DNA of 64,000 nt. Origin: a virus. Taxonomy: Duplodnaviria > Caudoviricetes. Under the pieces are notes generated by a model, which saw only the letters and a program-made list of their open reading frames with translations, made no database searches and was not told where the DNA came from. The DNA is taken from IMG/VR virus record IMGVR_UViG_3300021255_001366, positions 1-64,000 of that record. The stretch is one strand, 5' to 3'. Within the stretch, counting starts at the first letter, position 1. Each line of letters opens with the position of its first letter. This document shows positions 45,588-56,752 of this stretch, one piece after another. Both the position numbers and the translations under genes were made by a program.

Positions 45588-48500
45588 TTACACATCTTCT
45601 CTTGTTCCTATAACACTCATAATAACACCGCCAACAATTCTTATCTTGGTTATATTACTCCACGTACCATCCATTCCAGGGCGTATGTTTCCGCTAGATG
45701 GATCGTACATTTTAAAACTATGCATTTGTAAATTTTCTGTTTGTATCGATTTTGCATATATACCATTTGACCGTATATATACGCCATCCGTTTCGATAAT
45801 ATTAGAATGTGTTAATGGATTTATTACTATTGAAGTGTTAATAGTTCTACTTGTATCAATTCCGTCAATAAATCTTCTTACAGACACTAAGTCATGAGCG
45901 TCTATCAAACCATCTTGATTAAGATCATATTTTTCATAATCTGAACTTGATGGTTCACTAATACCTACCATTATTTCTCTCATTCTAGTCACATCTGCTT
46001 CAGAATAATCTCTTGCATATTTCGTAATTGAACCACTAGCGGTAAACGACGAACCAGTAATAGCACCAGAAAAGTTTGCGCTAGTCGCAGTCAACACTCC
46101 AGATGCATTAACTACGAACTTATTGTTAATATTTAAAGAACCCCCAGTAATTGCAACGTTATTAGCAGTCAATGTTCCATTTGATATTGTTACAGAATGA
46201 GTTGCGTCTTTGTAGTTTCGAAGTCCAACGTTGTCTCCGTCAACCCCAATAAATACACCAAGATTTGTAGATGTTAACGAATCAGTGCCATGATATAACG
46301 CATCACTAGTTGCAGTAAATCCACCAACTTGAACGATTCGATTATCAACATCGGCTTTAAAAACAATTTCTTCGTTTGCGTCTTTAACAGTTAATGACCC
46401 ATTGTTTATGAACTCATGACCATCAAACGTCAACTTACCACCAGCTAAACTAAACTTGCCGTTTTCCAAATCAAGATATGAACCAGTCTTATTTTTGTGC
46501 GAATAATTATTGCTATATATTTGACCACCAATAATCATAGAGCCATTTACGCATCCAGCCGTTACAAACTTAGAAATAAGACCATAACCTCTTTTTGTGA
46601 TAAATTTATCTTCTACTGGGTCATACTTGATATAGTCACCTTCACCAATACCTAATGCACACGTCTTCCAATTATCGTCGGTAAACGCAAACACATTATG
46701 CGTAAGCTTTGCTTGACTTTGACTGTATTTTCCTGCGATATCATCCCAAGACCTCAACAATATTCCGTTATTATCAAACAAAACCTCTTCGTTGTTATTA
46801 TTCTTAATAGCAACCAACGTACCGTCTAATCCCATATTCTTCCAATCGGTTACATTCTCATTAGCCTCGTCACCTTGGTTTGCTTGATGAGCAACTGTAT
46901 TATACGAAGATGCCATACTCTTAACTTGATCTAAGATAGATTTAGCATCATTAATTGTATTATTAATTCTGTCTGCATTAGAGAATGTAATACCAATACT
47001 TGCAAGATTGCCATAGTCAATTGATATAGCGATAATCCGGAGATTAAACAACTCTTCGTCAGACCTTACAACAATCCAATTGCCGAGTTGAACTTGGTCT
47101 ACGTAAGGAGCAAAGCCCTTCTCTTGCAGAAGATTGTTCATAGTGGCAGACAATGTGTATTGCTCGGTACTTGCTTTTACAACTTCCTTTGCGGCAACAT
47201 CATATAATTCACGAGCTTTATCCAACAGTTGTTTATTATCCAAACCGTCTGATACATAGTTATCATTCGTGTATTCGGATTCTACAAGATAGTGAGAGAA
47301 GATAAGCCACAGATCATCTCCGATAAATGACTTAAAGTCCAATAGATTATGAAATCCATTTATCGTTTCGCGAGCAGAAGTAATCAGTTCATCTTGTTCA
47401 GCTATGTCAGCATCTCGAACTGCAAGCTCATCTACAATTAAATCCATACGTTCTTTATATGGTTCGTACATTGTTTCATATAAGTGAACACCATAGAAAT
47501 CTGAATTTTTATCTGTAACACCATTTTCGATCATAACGTTAAGACATGTTTCATAACTATGGTAAAATGATTCAAGTCTTGCCTTGCTGTATTTAGTCAA
47601 TTCTTCCTTGAATATTTCCACGTCTGTTAAAGTAAACAAATCATAAAACGTATTATCATCACGGTCTAACTGCTTAAGAATACGCTGGTACAAATATTTT
47701 GCATAGGCAGTGTCAGTACCACCTTGAATTAAAACAGAAAACTGTTCGGTCTGCGCAGTATCTTCGTCGTCTCCATAGTTTGTGATTGTACATACGCCAG
47801 TCCATCGTTTATTATTGGTATCGACCGTAGCTAATTCACCTTTTGCTTTAACGTCATATCTGGCATCCACCAATACTCTTGCAAGACCCTGGACGGCAAG
47901 ATCTGCAGAAATAGTAGAGATAGAGTCTATGTTTGTTACACAAACAGAACCAAATTCAAGAAAATCCCCAGGTAACTCGTCCGCCTCTTTCTTAGCGTCA
48001 GTAGTAGGAGTGGTCACCTTCGGCATCATAGTGTGTTCCAGATAGTTCTTCCGATCAACGGCTTCATAATACTGTGTGCTTGCTTCTTGATATTTAACAA
48101 TATTATCTTCATACAAGACATTATAATCATGTATTTTTTGAACTAGTTCCTCTGGCATATCAGATAGCATATGTTCATTGAAACTATACAGATACCTAGA
48201 CCCATTCGGATTAACGTACATGAAAGCTGTCGTAACATCATCATCTCCACCACTAATACGTAAGCAGTTATAGACATTATCAGTATCACCGGAGCGTGAG
48301 ATTGACTCTGCATAGTTCTCGGCAGATATATAGATGTCAGTTATCTGTCCATAATTACTATGATATTCTGTACTGCCACACTTAGGGCATGCTGATGCAA
48401 AGTCTCCTCGATGACCGCACGAATCACAGACAAACTTTAAGTCGTAACAATTCACGACTCTGTTGACACTGTCAAACTTGAATAAACATTCAATTTCCTC

Positions 48501-49052
48501 TGCTACCGTGCCCGTCAGAAAATCATAAATACTCGTACCATTCGTAGAGAATGTACGTTGTATCCTGGCAATAGAATCATCAACATGCCCGACACTATAA
48601 TCTGGGCACTTGTCATGAAGCACCCGATGTATCAACGAAGCGTTGTGATCGTCCTCATTATAAAGAACAGTAGGAGAATAGTCTTCTCGTGCAATGTCAT
48701 CTTCTGTATTACACTCGAAGTCATACAGTATTCTCTTACTAAGCTCAAACTCACATGCAGAAGTTCCGACAACTTGTTTCACGGTTTCATCCGCATCGTC
48801 TATGGTTACAAATATGTTAAAGTACTCGTTGAACTCTGGTACATACACATACTTAAAGTCAACAATCTGATCCCAAAGAGGCTCTTCTTTATTGTCAAAC
48901 TTTTTGTGTACCGTAAAAGAAATCTCTTGAGCACTATTCATGTTTTGATTAATCTGAATAGAAGACTCGTCTACGGTAACAAGTCTCCCAAGGTGTTTAT
49001 GATATTTGGTGGAGAGTATGATCATCGGATACTCTAATTTTGTATATATCAT
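45588..49052 (-). CDS. Tail spike/baseplate hub (Tal-like) protein
   Basis: Follows Dit; prophage-tail-type N-terminus; beta-repeat C-terminus with one EF/dockerin loop. Confidence 0.8.
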   Translation of the reverse strand: MIYTKLEYPMIILSTKYHKHLGRLVTVDESSIQINQNMNSAQEISFTVHKKFDNKEEPLWDQIVDFKYVYVPEFNEYFNIFVTIDDADETVKQVVGTSACEFELSKRILYDFECNTEDDIAREDYSPTVLYNEDDHNASLIHRVLHDKCPDYSVGHVDDSIARIQRTFSTNGTSIYDFLTGTVAEEIECLFKFDSVNRVVNCYDLKFVCDSCGHRGDFASACPKCGSTEYHSNYGQITDIYISAENYAESISRSGDTDNVYNCLRISGGDDDVTTAFMYVNPNGSRYLYSFNEHMLSDMPEELVQKIHDYNVLYEDNIVKYQEASTQYYEAVDRKNYLEHTMMPKVTTPTTDAKKEADELPGDFLEFGSVCVTNIDSISTISADLAVQGLARVLVDARYDVKAKGELATVDTNNKRWTGVCTITNYGDDEDTAQTEQFSVLIQGGTDTAYAKYLYQRILKQLDRDDNTFYDLFTLTDVEIFKEELTKYSKARLESFYHSYETCLNVMIENGVTDKNSDFYGVHLYETMYEPYKERMDLIVDELAVRDADIAEQDELITSARETINGFHNLLDFKSFIGDDLWLIFSHYLVESEYTNDNYVSDGLDNKQLLDKARELYDVAAKEVVKASTEQYTLSATMNNLLQEKGFAPYVDQVQLGNWIVVRSDEELFNLRIIAISIDYGNLASIGITFSNADRINNTINDAKSILDQVKSMASSYNTVAHQANQGDEANENVTDWKNMGLDGTLVAIKNNNNEEVLFDNNGILLRSWDDIAGKYSQSQAKLTHNVFAFTDDNWKTCALGIGEGDYIKYDPVEDKFITKRGYGLISKFVTAGCVNGSMIIGGQIYSNNYSHKNKTGSYLDLENGKFSLAGGKLTFDGHEFINNGSLTVKDANEEIVFKADVDNRIVQVGGFTATSDALYHGTDSLTSTNLGVFIGVDGDNVGLRNYKDATHSVTISNGTLTANNVAITGGSLNINNKFVVNASGVLTATSANFSGAITGSSFTASGSITKYARDYSEADVTRMREIMVGISEPSSSDYEKYDLNQDGLIDAHDLVSVRRFIDGIDTSRTINTSIVINPLTHSNIIETDGVYIRSNGIYAKSIQTENLQMHSFKMYDPSSGNIRPGMDGTWSNITKIRIVGGVIMSVIGTREDV

Positions 49053-49849
49053 AGTCCCACCTTTCTAATTCCACGATATGTAAGCGCAATAATACATGGA
49101 AGCGTACAACTAAAAGTATTAACACTGTTCCTATATTCATTCACTAATCGTGGAAATTTATAATTATAGTCCTTAGCGAGAGAATGACTAGAATTCGAAG
49201 ATGTAATCTGAAGAATATCACTGCCGTCAATTGTTATCACCTCATCGGCAATACAATTATCGATGGCAGTGGTGCGGTTCTCATTTACATTTGTTAACTC
49301 GAAATTTCCGCCTCCTCGCATAGTAATTGTCATATCAGGGTATATATATCCCTCTTCTTCACTGAAGCAGTTAATCTTAAAAGAACTATCGGCTTCAAGA
49401 GAGTATATACTAGTTATCGGTTTTGTTACGGCAAACGGACGATTTGACTGAATTGTAATTTCAACGCCACGGCAAACACCATGTAACAAAACCTTGGACA
49501 ACGTACATCTCACTTCGTAGAAGATTTCGTCGTCGTCCTCATCATCAACCCATTTGAACCATTTGTAGTCTTTACGGCACAACCACTTTGCGAGTTCTGA
49601 AATGTCGTCATTCGTTAACTCGTCATCCTCTTGGTTATCACAAATGTTTTTACAAATCTGAATGGTTCTTTGGTAGTTGTTTGAATACGATGTAGCAACT
49701 TTGTGTGATACATCTGATAATGGCGAACTAATGTCCGTGTAATCCATCTCCGAGACAACAATATTCTCATCCACCGATTGGTCAAAGCTGCACATCATAT
49801 ACCCAAAGTGGGAGAGTAGTTGTCCGTCGAACATGAAGTCTACAACCAT
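49049..49849 (-). CDS. Distal tail protein (Dit)
   Basis: Position after TMP; FMFDG.., AKWL.., YP..I, FPRL..N motifs. Confidence 0.78.
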   Translation of the reverse strand: MVVDFMFDGQLLSHFGYMMCSFDQSVDENIVVSEMDYTDISSPLSDVSHKVATSYSNNYQRTIQICKNICDNQEDDELTNDDISELAKWLCRKDYKWFKWVDDEDDDEIFYEVRCTLSKVLLHGVCRGVEITIQSNRPFAVTKPITSIYSLEADSSFKINCFSEEEGYIYPDMTITMRGGGNFELTNVNENRTTAIDNCIADEVITIDGSDILQITSSNSSHSLAKDYNYKFPRLVNEYRNSVNTFSCTLPCIIALTYRGIRKVGL

Positions 49850-49871
49850 GTATGCTACACCACCTTTCTAA

Positions 49872-50171
49872 TTAAATTTCCATTTCATGCTTGGCTTCCT
49901 TAAATGCCTTCTTATAAGTGCCGTCTACCTTACGAACAGAAGACCTTAATTCTTGCATTAATGACTTATATGCCTCACGGTCTTTCTCGAGATCAACAAC
50001 AAGTTTTGCATACTCAAGTTGTACCTTTTCGGCAAGCCTCATTTTAGTTTCATATTGTCTCTTTAATCTATCTACAGTACGTGCTTCGTTGAGCAGTCGG
50101 TCATTATCAGCTTGAAGCTTCTCAATTTTAGCCTCTAACCGTTCTATCCTTTTGTATGGATTCATATCCAA
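49872..50171 (-). CDS. Coiled-coil protein
   Basis: AGGAG RBS. Confidence 0.65.
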   Translation of the reverse strand: MDMNPYKRIERLEAKIEKLQADNDRLLNEARTVDRLKRQYETKMRLAEKVQLEYAKLVVDLEKDREAYKSLMQELRSSVRKVDGTYKKAFKEAKHEMEI

Positions 50172-50183
50172 TAATCACTCCTT

Positions 50184-50218
50184 TTTAAAAGGTCGCCCAG
50201 CTTTAACACTGGGCGACC
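50184..50218 (-). terminator. Terminator after the tape measure gene
   Basis: GGTCGCCCAG/CTGGGCGACC plus T tract on the - strand. Confidence 0.7.
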
Positions 50219-50224
50219 ACAGTT

Positions 50225-53200
50225 TTAAAATCTATTTTTCATTAGACTATTATGACCAGTTGCTTGACCAAATGTAATCTCTTGAATGAAACTACTAAAT
50301 TGACCATCTTTCTTCATAGCCTCCTTAAACTGCTCATAGTTCTTAACATTCGGGAGGTTAATAGAAATAGCGTTTTGGTTGTTAATGGTATTACCATTAC
50401 CATTACCGTGAGGTATGATAGACTGAATGTCTTTAGCCGTAGGAACATCTGTCTTGGAGAGTTCCCACAACCTTTGAGCCATTTCATTGGTAAATACCAT
50501 ATCGCCAGAACCAAGAGGTGTTAACATTGCTCCATCTCCCGTACGGTAGATAAGCTCTTGTCCTTTCTCCTGAGTCCATGCTAACTGGTCGTGAGGAATC
50601 TTCTTAGATCCCTTCGCAAACTTATTGTAATGGTACGGACTAAGGTCACGGATACCGTGGTATCTTCCTACCCAAGCACCGCTATAAATATAACCTTCTC
50701 GTCCCATTTGGTTAACGATGTTCTGCACCTTATCAGCGTCGAATCCTTTTTGTCTCAAGCGGTTAAAGCGGTCTTGTCCGGAACCCCACCCGTAATTGCC
50801 ATTCCATATAGCAAGAGCAACACCATAATAATCCTTTTCAGAACGCTTAGGTGTTTGAGCTGCCTTAGCGGCGGCTTGCTTCTTAGCTGCGGCTTGTTGC
50901 TTAGCCTTCTCTGCTTCAGCAGCTTTCTGTTTAGCGGCGGCCTCAGCCCTAGCTTTTGCTTCTTGCTCTGCTTTGATTTGTTGTGCTTTCTTAATCGCAG
51001 CCTGACGTTCAGCTTCAACTTGTGCCTTGCCAGCGTCCGTCATACTGTATACGTAAGCCTTGATTTGGTCTATAGATGCCTTAACGGCAGTAGAATTCGT
51101 GTCGAACTTATTCATGAAGTCGGATACGAGAGTAGATATCTTATTGCTATTCAAGATGTCATTCAAAGGCTTTGTAATAGTATACGCAACCTTATCGGTT
51201 TCAACCTTAATAGTATCCTTAATAATGGCGGTATTCTCATTAGCGTTATCAATCATGTCATGCATAAGAGCATCAACATCATCAAGTCTTGCCATGAGTA
51301 CCTCTTCATACTCTTGTCGCATCTTAGAGATGAGTTCCTTAGTCTCGGAAATCATCTTTTCCCATTCGGTCTCTTCAAGTTCTTCACGAGCTTCATTTAA
51401 GTTGTTCTGCGTCTGCTGAATTGTCTTACGTGCCTCTTCAGAGTCATCCCCAGCATAGGCATTAAGCATCTTCTCCATGGAATTGATATTCTTGACTTGT
51501 TGCTCGATGTTCTTCGAGTAGTCATACATGTCTTTCTCTCTGTCCATAACCTCTTGATATTTATCAATCAGTTTATCGAGGTTCGACAAGTGTTCTTGGA
51601 TTCCCTTCTCTACAAGGTCTTTAACGGCATCCTTCATCTGCTCTGCTGATTTAATTGCATTCTGCTGAGCATCAACGAGCTGTTCATACCTCTCAATTAA
51701 GGACTTATTTCCAGGATCTTTCGCAATTTCTTTTTCAAGTTTACGACGCTCCTCAGCGTAATCCAATGCTTGACGCATAGCGGTTTCATATTGTACCGCA
51801 AACAATCCATTGGTTGCTTGACCACGATTAGTCAACCGTCCATCGTCCTCATAGAGTTTGTCGTTAGACATTAAATCTACAAGGAATTGTGCTTCACTTG
51901 TAATACGTGAAATGCGGCCTTCAATCCAGTCAAAGATTTCCCAATCAAGATTTCTTATTTCGTTATTAAACTTAACGAGAGCAGTAGTAGATTCCTCGAT
52001 AGCTTTCTCAACAGAAAGAATCTCTTGGTTCATAGAATTCCAAGCCGATGACCCCTTCTCTATAGCCCCACTAGCAACTGCTTCGTCACGTTTCTTTATT
52101 AATTCTTGATACTCTTGTGTAAGGTATCCAAGTTCCTCGTTTTCGTACTTAATGAGTTCCTTGTAATAATCCTTACTTACAAAGTATCCATGTTCTTGCG
52201 TTCTACTAATGCGCTCATCTATGATGTCTGCATATGAAGTAGCATACGCAATTAACTCTTCAAATTCGGATTTGATATTGTCGAACTTTGTTTCTGCGAG
52301 TTCACCAAGTTTAATGGTTAATGTTTGAACTGCATCATAACATTCAACAGCCTTATTAAACCACTGCTGATACAGATTGATTTTTTCAACAAGTGGTTCA
52401 TTGTTTTTAATTGTTTCAATATCAATCAAACCATTCCGAACTTTATATGCATACTCTTCGGACAAACCTACAGAGTTAGCTTCTTGTAAATATCTTTCAT
52501 AACCTCGTCGTTGGATATCAATTTCTTCGCGTACTCGATCCATCTCAGAGATAAGACTCTTGTTGCGCTTTGACCACAGCGTATATGTGTTCTCGGCAAC
52601 CTCATTAAGCCTTGCTATTTCTTCCTCGATGCGCTGAATCTTAACCTCAATCCAATCGAATGTTTCTTTAGCTTCGTCGGCACTCTGATCATCGCGACCG
52701 CCACCTGAATTTCCAGAACCACCAGGACTAGGAACATTAAATCTATCTCTCCAAGAAGATGATCCAGCACGACCTCCGGTACCAGCACCGTGATATTGTG
52801 TTCCACTAGCAAATGAACCCATCAACTGACCACGAGAGTTAATCTTATGACTTGACAATAACTGCCTTGTCTGTTCAGCGTTAAAAATGATATCGCCTTT
52901 GACAACTGGAATTACTTCCGCACCATTAGAACCGATAGGGTAAACTTTCCCATCACGAACAAGTAACTCTTCGCCAAGCTCGCCTACGAGAGACATACCG
53001 CTTTGTTGAACGTTAGAATTACCATATGCACTACCAATCCAAGAACTACCATGTTGAGGATTAGCTTTCGTTCCATTTGTTGTTACACGAATATTAAACG
53101 GTTGATTATTAAGAGAGCTTTGAATGCTTTGACGCAAAGAAATTATAGCGCCTGGAGCAAGATTCAATTGAGTCTTTACAGTCGCATGTGTATTATTTAT

Positions 53201-56200
53201 TGCGGTAACTAAAACATTAACATCTTTTTTTGCTTGTGTGGTATCTGCTCCAACTTCGACATCACCATTCTTAACAAAATCATTAACATCAATACTGTCA
53301 GTTTTTTCTTTAATTGATGCAACTATTCCACCAGCAGAAGCAGTATCCCAATTAATACCACTCAAACCAAGAGTAGATTTGTTCTCAATGCCTTGAAGGT
53401 CTTTCATTAAAGCGCTAAGTTTTTCTTCTGCGGCATCAGCTTCAGAAGAATCAATCTTCATCTCTCGGTTATACTCTACTTCGTTATATGTTTCGATAAA
53501 TTCTTGAACTAGTGAAATATCTTCAGAAAGAGTACCCTCGACATCACTAGCGTCAACATCCATAATTGTTGGACGTTCAAGTTCTTGCTTCTGACGCAAT
53601 AACGCAGCCATAGCAGTAGATGCTTGTTGCCATTCTTCCGTATCCGGCGTTAATGTATCTCTATATTCAGATATCTGTTCAAAATCGCCAAGAAGAGTAT
53701 CAATATCTTTAGAATCAAAATGAATTTTAAAAGGAGCAGAGATTTTTTTAGACACTGCCTTTTGAATATCTTCAGCATACGACTCTGCTTCTGTAACTAA
53801 TTCATCTCTAGATTTTTCAGACAATCTTAGTTCAAAATCAATACCTTGATTAAGTCTACGTTCTGTAGCATACAACTCTTCTTCAAGACTGCTTACATCG
53901 TATCCGGCCGCCTTTAATTCTTCAATAGACTTCTTGTAATCGTCCATCTTCTGACGTGCATCAACACTTTCGTCAGATATAGCAGTTAATCCGTCAACAA
54001 TGCTGTCAGAGATATTGTCAAAGTCTATATCAAAATCCCAAGCATCACTAGTAGCAAGCAAGAGATCAGTAGCAGCAGATACGCTCAAGTCCATACGTTT
54101 AGCGAATTCATCAATATTTTTTACATTAATCGCATAAACACCTTCGGCATCTTTAGTAATCATACCTTCGGTTTTTTCGACGGCATCATCTAAGAAATTA
54201 TAGATACCAGATATGTCTTCAGTAAAATATCTTTGACCACGCTCAATATATTCTTCGACCTTGTCAGCCCAATTCTCATCATAAACATCACTACCAAATT
54301 CCATGATGTCTGGATTGAATCCATAACCACCAAGATACTCCATGCCCTTGCGGAATTCATCTGTACCAGTCCAACCGGACTCAAATGACTTCTTAAGGTT
54401 TTCTACAGCAGAAGCAGCAGTATTAAAGTTATCAGACAAGTTGGGAGTCTCTGTTGCCTTAACGTATTCGTTAAGAGCAGACATCGTAGCACGGATTTGT
54501 GCCTCAAGCATATCATAACCATTGATTTCATCAGCTAATGCTTGTGATTTATCAAGGCTTGCTATCAATTCAGAACGCTCTGCATCTGTTAAATCCTTAG
54601 TAACATTAACATAATCACGAAGAGTTTGCTTACCTTGTGCACGAGCATTTTTGAGACGCTGAGTTTTACTGGTAAGTCTGTCTATGGTTTTGATTTCTTC
54701 GTTGTATTCTTTGACAGCAACAGCTTCTTTAAGTTCTGCACTAACAAGTGTCGCTTCGGCTACTTGCTCTGTATACTTCTGCATTGCTTCAGTATTGAGC
54801 ATAACTCCGTTGTCAGTAAACGTATATAATGATTCTTGTAAATCACCATAGGTTTGATTTAACTTTTGAAGTGTTTCATCTGTTAAATAACCCTGGTCTT
54901 TCTGTTCAGAAAGAGCAGTAGTAAGAGACTCGAACATAGCAGTGTTAAACGAGAGTTTTCCACGAGCCGAATTGTATGCTAAATCATCAATAAACGAATT
55001 CCACGCAGCAGTACCCTTCTTGAGAAGTTCTTCATCAATCTCTCCATTGTTAAGAGCGGCCACCCAAAGGTCGTAGCGATCGTCAGATAGGGTATTAATG
55101 AATCGCTCATACTCTTGTCTTAGTTTGCGTCCGTTATAATCCGCAGTCTGATTTCGCCTATCTGTTGTTACAGAGTCATCTAAAGTCCACGCATTTAATG
55201 CCTTATCTCTGCTTGTCATGAAGCCATCAACTTGAGCAAGTTCCATTAGTTTATCAATTGGAACATTCGGAAGAAGTTTTTGCAATATCTCTAATTGCTC
55301 ATTAATATCCGCTACACGATCAGCATAACTTACACCTTTCGCATTTTGAACTCTATTAATCTCATTTAAAATGTCTACGACTTGATCAGTATCTTGTTTA
55401 GATAATTGTTCGAATTGTTCGTTGATATCTTTAATTGCTTGACTTTGTTTTCCAACTGCGCCAAGTTCATCAGGTAATGCTCCATAATCATAGGTATCAA
55501 GCATTCTCTTATATAATTCTTGCTCTTTACCAGACAAAGAATTATAAAACTCATTTGCTTCTGTGGCATAAAACCGAGACATATACGTTCCAGCTTCTTG
55601 ATTAAAATTATGAAGCTGAGTAGTGTGCATTGTTAAATTTGTTCTAAATTCAGTCTCAACTTGCTTGAGTTCTTTTTCTAACCATGCTGATTGCTCCGCA
55701 GTAAGATGTTCATAATCAACACTGCCGTATATATTTTCAAGATGCCCGGTTAATTTTGATATATCTAGGAATTTGTACGAATCACCGCTTTCATCAAGTC
55801 GCCCAGATCGAATATCGGAAATAACCTTATTCAAGCTATCCATCTTTTCTTGGTATTCGTCAACCTTATCTTGAGCATCTTCGACATTAAGCATTGCTCC
55901 AGAGAATAAATCTTCAAATTGACTTGCAAATTCTGCATTGGCAATATCTTGACTCTTTTGAAGTAATTCGTCTAACGACCCAACAATAGTTCCAACAGTA
56001 CCATTAAGGTTAAGAAGCGCATTGCCATTTTCATCATATCCGTTTGTTAATTCAGGGAATATTTCTGCAAGCTGATTACTGATGTTTAAGAATTCAGCGT
56101 ACTCATCATTTGACAAAGTACCTTGGTTTTGTTGTGATGTACCAAGATTATTAACTTCTTGTGCAAGCTCAGCATAACGTTGTTTTACATTGTTTACCGT

Positions 56201-56695
56201 ATCAGAGTTTTGCTTCATAGAAGAATCAACATCATCAACAGCATCTTTGGCTTTTTTGTAATTCTCCCGGATGTATTTCTCAGGATGAAAAGCCTTATCT
56301 AATTGATCAAATAGAAAACCTACTCCAAATGTTACAGCAGCAGAAATTCCTCCAGCTATTAGACTGGTACCAATGTTCGTAATTAATCCAGTAAAGAAAT
56401 CCTTAAACTTAACGCCCATTTGACCAAGAACAGTATAGTTCTTTTGCATAGTCTTAACCATGGAAGCACCGTCGCCAATAGCATTGTTTAACTTAAGTTG
56501 GTCTTTTGCGGCGCCAATAATACGAGCATCAACGTTGTCGTACGCTTTTGCCATTTCGTCCAAGTCGGCGTCTTCAGCAACATCCTCTTCCTTCAACATC
56601 TTCAAGAAATCAGCATTGCCTTTTTCTTGTAATAATCCCTCAAAATATTTCTTAGATTTAAATATAGGCGTTTTATTCTCTGTATTTCCAAACAG
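50225..56695 (-). CDS. Tape measure protein, exon 3 (with CW_7-like repeat)
   Basis: No RBS at the ORF-track start; GELGEE/E.G.E motifs; joins exon 2 in frame after splicing. Confidence 0.88.
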   Translation of the reverse strand: MFGNTENKTPIFKSKKYFEGLLQEKGNADFLKMLKEEDVAEDADLDEMAKAYDNVDARIIGAAKDQLKLNNAIGDGASMVKTMQKNYTVLGQMGVKFKDFFTGLITNIGTSLIAGGISAAVTFGVGFLFDQLDKAFHPEKYIRENYKKAKDAVDDVDSSMKQNSDTVNNVKQRYAELAQEVNNLGTSQQNQGTLSNDEYAEFLNISNQLAEIFPELTNGYDENGNALLNLNGTVGTIVGSLDELLQKSQDIANAEFASQFEDLFSGAMLNVEDAQDKVDEYQEKMDSLNKVISDIRSGRLDESGDSYKFLDISKLTGHLENIYGSVDYEHLTAEQSAWLEKELKQVETEFRTNLTMHTTQLHNFNQEAGTYMSRFYATEANEFYNSLSGKEQELYKRMLDTYDYGALPDELGAVGKQSQAIKDINEQFEQLSKQDTDQVVDILNEINRVQNAKGVSYADRVADINEQLEILQKLLPNVPIDKLMELAQVDGFMTSRDKALNAWTLDDSVTTDRRNQTADYNGRKLRQEYERFINTLSDDRYDLWVAALNNGEIDEELLKKGTAAWNSFIDDLAYNSARGKLSFNTAMFESLTTALSEQKDQGYLTDETLQKLNQTYGDLQESLYTFTDNGVMLNTEAMQKYTEQVAEATLVSAELKEAVAVKEYNEEIKTIDRLTSKTQRLKNARAQGKQTLRDYVNVTKDLTDAERSELIASLDKSQALADEINGYDMLEAQIRATMSALNEYVKATETPNLSDNFNTAASAVENLKKSFESGWTGTDEFRKGMEYLGGYGFNPDIMEFGSDVYDENWADKVEEYIERGQRYFTEDISGIYNFLDDAVEKTEGMITKDAEGVYAINVKNIDEFAKRMDLSVSAATDLLLATSDAWDFDIDFDNISDSIVDGLTAISDESVDARQKMDDYKKSIEELKAAGYDVSSLEEELYATERRLNQGIDFELRLSEKSRDELVTEAESYAEDIQKAVSKKISAPFKIHFDSKDIDTLLGDFEQISEYRDTLTPDTEEWQQASTAMAALLRQKQELERPTIMDVDASDVEGTLSEDISLVQEFIETYNEVEYNREMKIDSSEADAAEEKLSALMKDLQGIENKSTLGLSGINWDTASAGGIVASIKEKTDSIDVNDFVKNGDVEVGADTTQAKKDVNVLVTAINNTHATVKTQLNLAPGAIISLRQSIQSSLNNQPFNIRVTTNGTKANPQHGSSWIGSAYGNSNVQQSGMSLVGELGEELLVRDGKVYPIGSNGAEVIPVVKGDIIFNAEQTRQLLSSHKINSRGQLMGSFASGTQYHGAGTGGRAGSSSWRDRFNVPSPGGSGNSGGGRDDQSADEAKETFDWIEVKIQRIEEEIARLNEVAENTYTLWSKRNKSLISEMDRVREEIDIQRRGYERYLQEANSVGLSEEYAYKVRNGLIDIETIKNNEPLVEKINLYQQWFNKAVECYDAVQTLTIKLGELAETKFDNIKSEFEELIAYATSYADIIDERISRTQEHGYFVSKDYYKELIKYENEELGYLTQEYQELIKKRDEAVASGAIEKGSSAWNSMNQEILSVEKAIEESTTALVKFNNEIRNLDWEIFDWIEGRISRITSEAQFLVDLMSNDKLYEDDGRLTNRGQATNGLFAVQYETAMRQALDYAEERRKLEKEIAKDPGNKSLIERYEQLVDAQQNAIKSAEQMKDAVKDLVEKGIQEHLSNLDKLIDKYQEVMDREKDMYDYSKNIEQQVKNINSMEKMLNAYAGDDSEEARKTIQQTQNNLNEAREELEETEWEKMISETKELISKMRQEYEEVLMARLDDVDALMHDMIDNANENTAIIKDTIKVETDKVAYTITKPLNDILNSNKISTLVSDFMNKFDTNSTAVKASIDQIKAYVYSMTDAGKAQVEAERQAAIKKAQQIKAEQEAKARAEAAAKQKAAEAEKAKQQAAAKKQAAAKAAQTPKRSEKDYYGVALAIWNGNYGWGSGQDRFNRLRQKGFDADKVQNIVNQMGREGYIYSGAWVGRYHGIRDLSPYHYNKFAKGSKKIPHDQLAWTQEKGQELIYRTGDGAMLTPLGSGDMVFTNEMAQRLWELSKTDVPTAKDIQSIIPHGNGNGNTINNQNAISINLPNVKNYEQFKEAMKKDGQFSSFIQEITFGQATGHNSLMKNRF

Positions 56696-56704
56696 CAAAA
56701 CTAA

Positions 56705-56733
56705 TTGAATATATGTCTATATGGTGTTAATAT
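56705..56733 (+). promoter_or_regulatory. Sigma-A promoter of the intron cargo gene
   Basis: TTGAAT-N17-TAATAT, TGn; AGGAGG at 56741. Confidence 0.7.
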
Positions 56734-56752
56734 TATATTAAGGAGGTGGATT

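Noticed and set aside
56698-56720. Target-site duplication (YIQ echo at both ends of intron 2) or an independent TTG start for exon 3
   Set aside because: P1/P10 pairing and omega-G explain the boundaries; no RBS and no transposase
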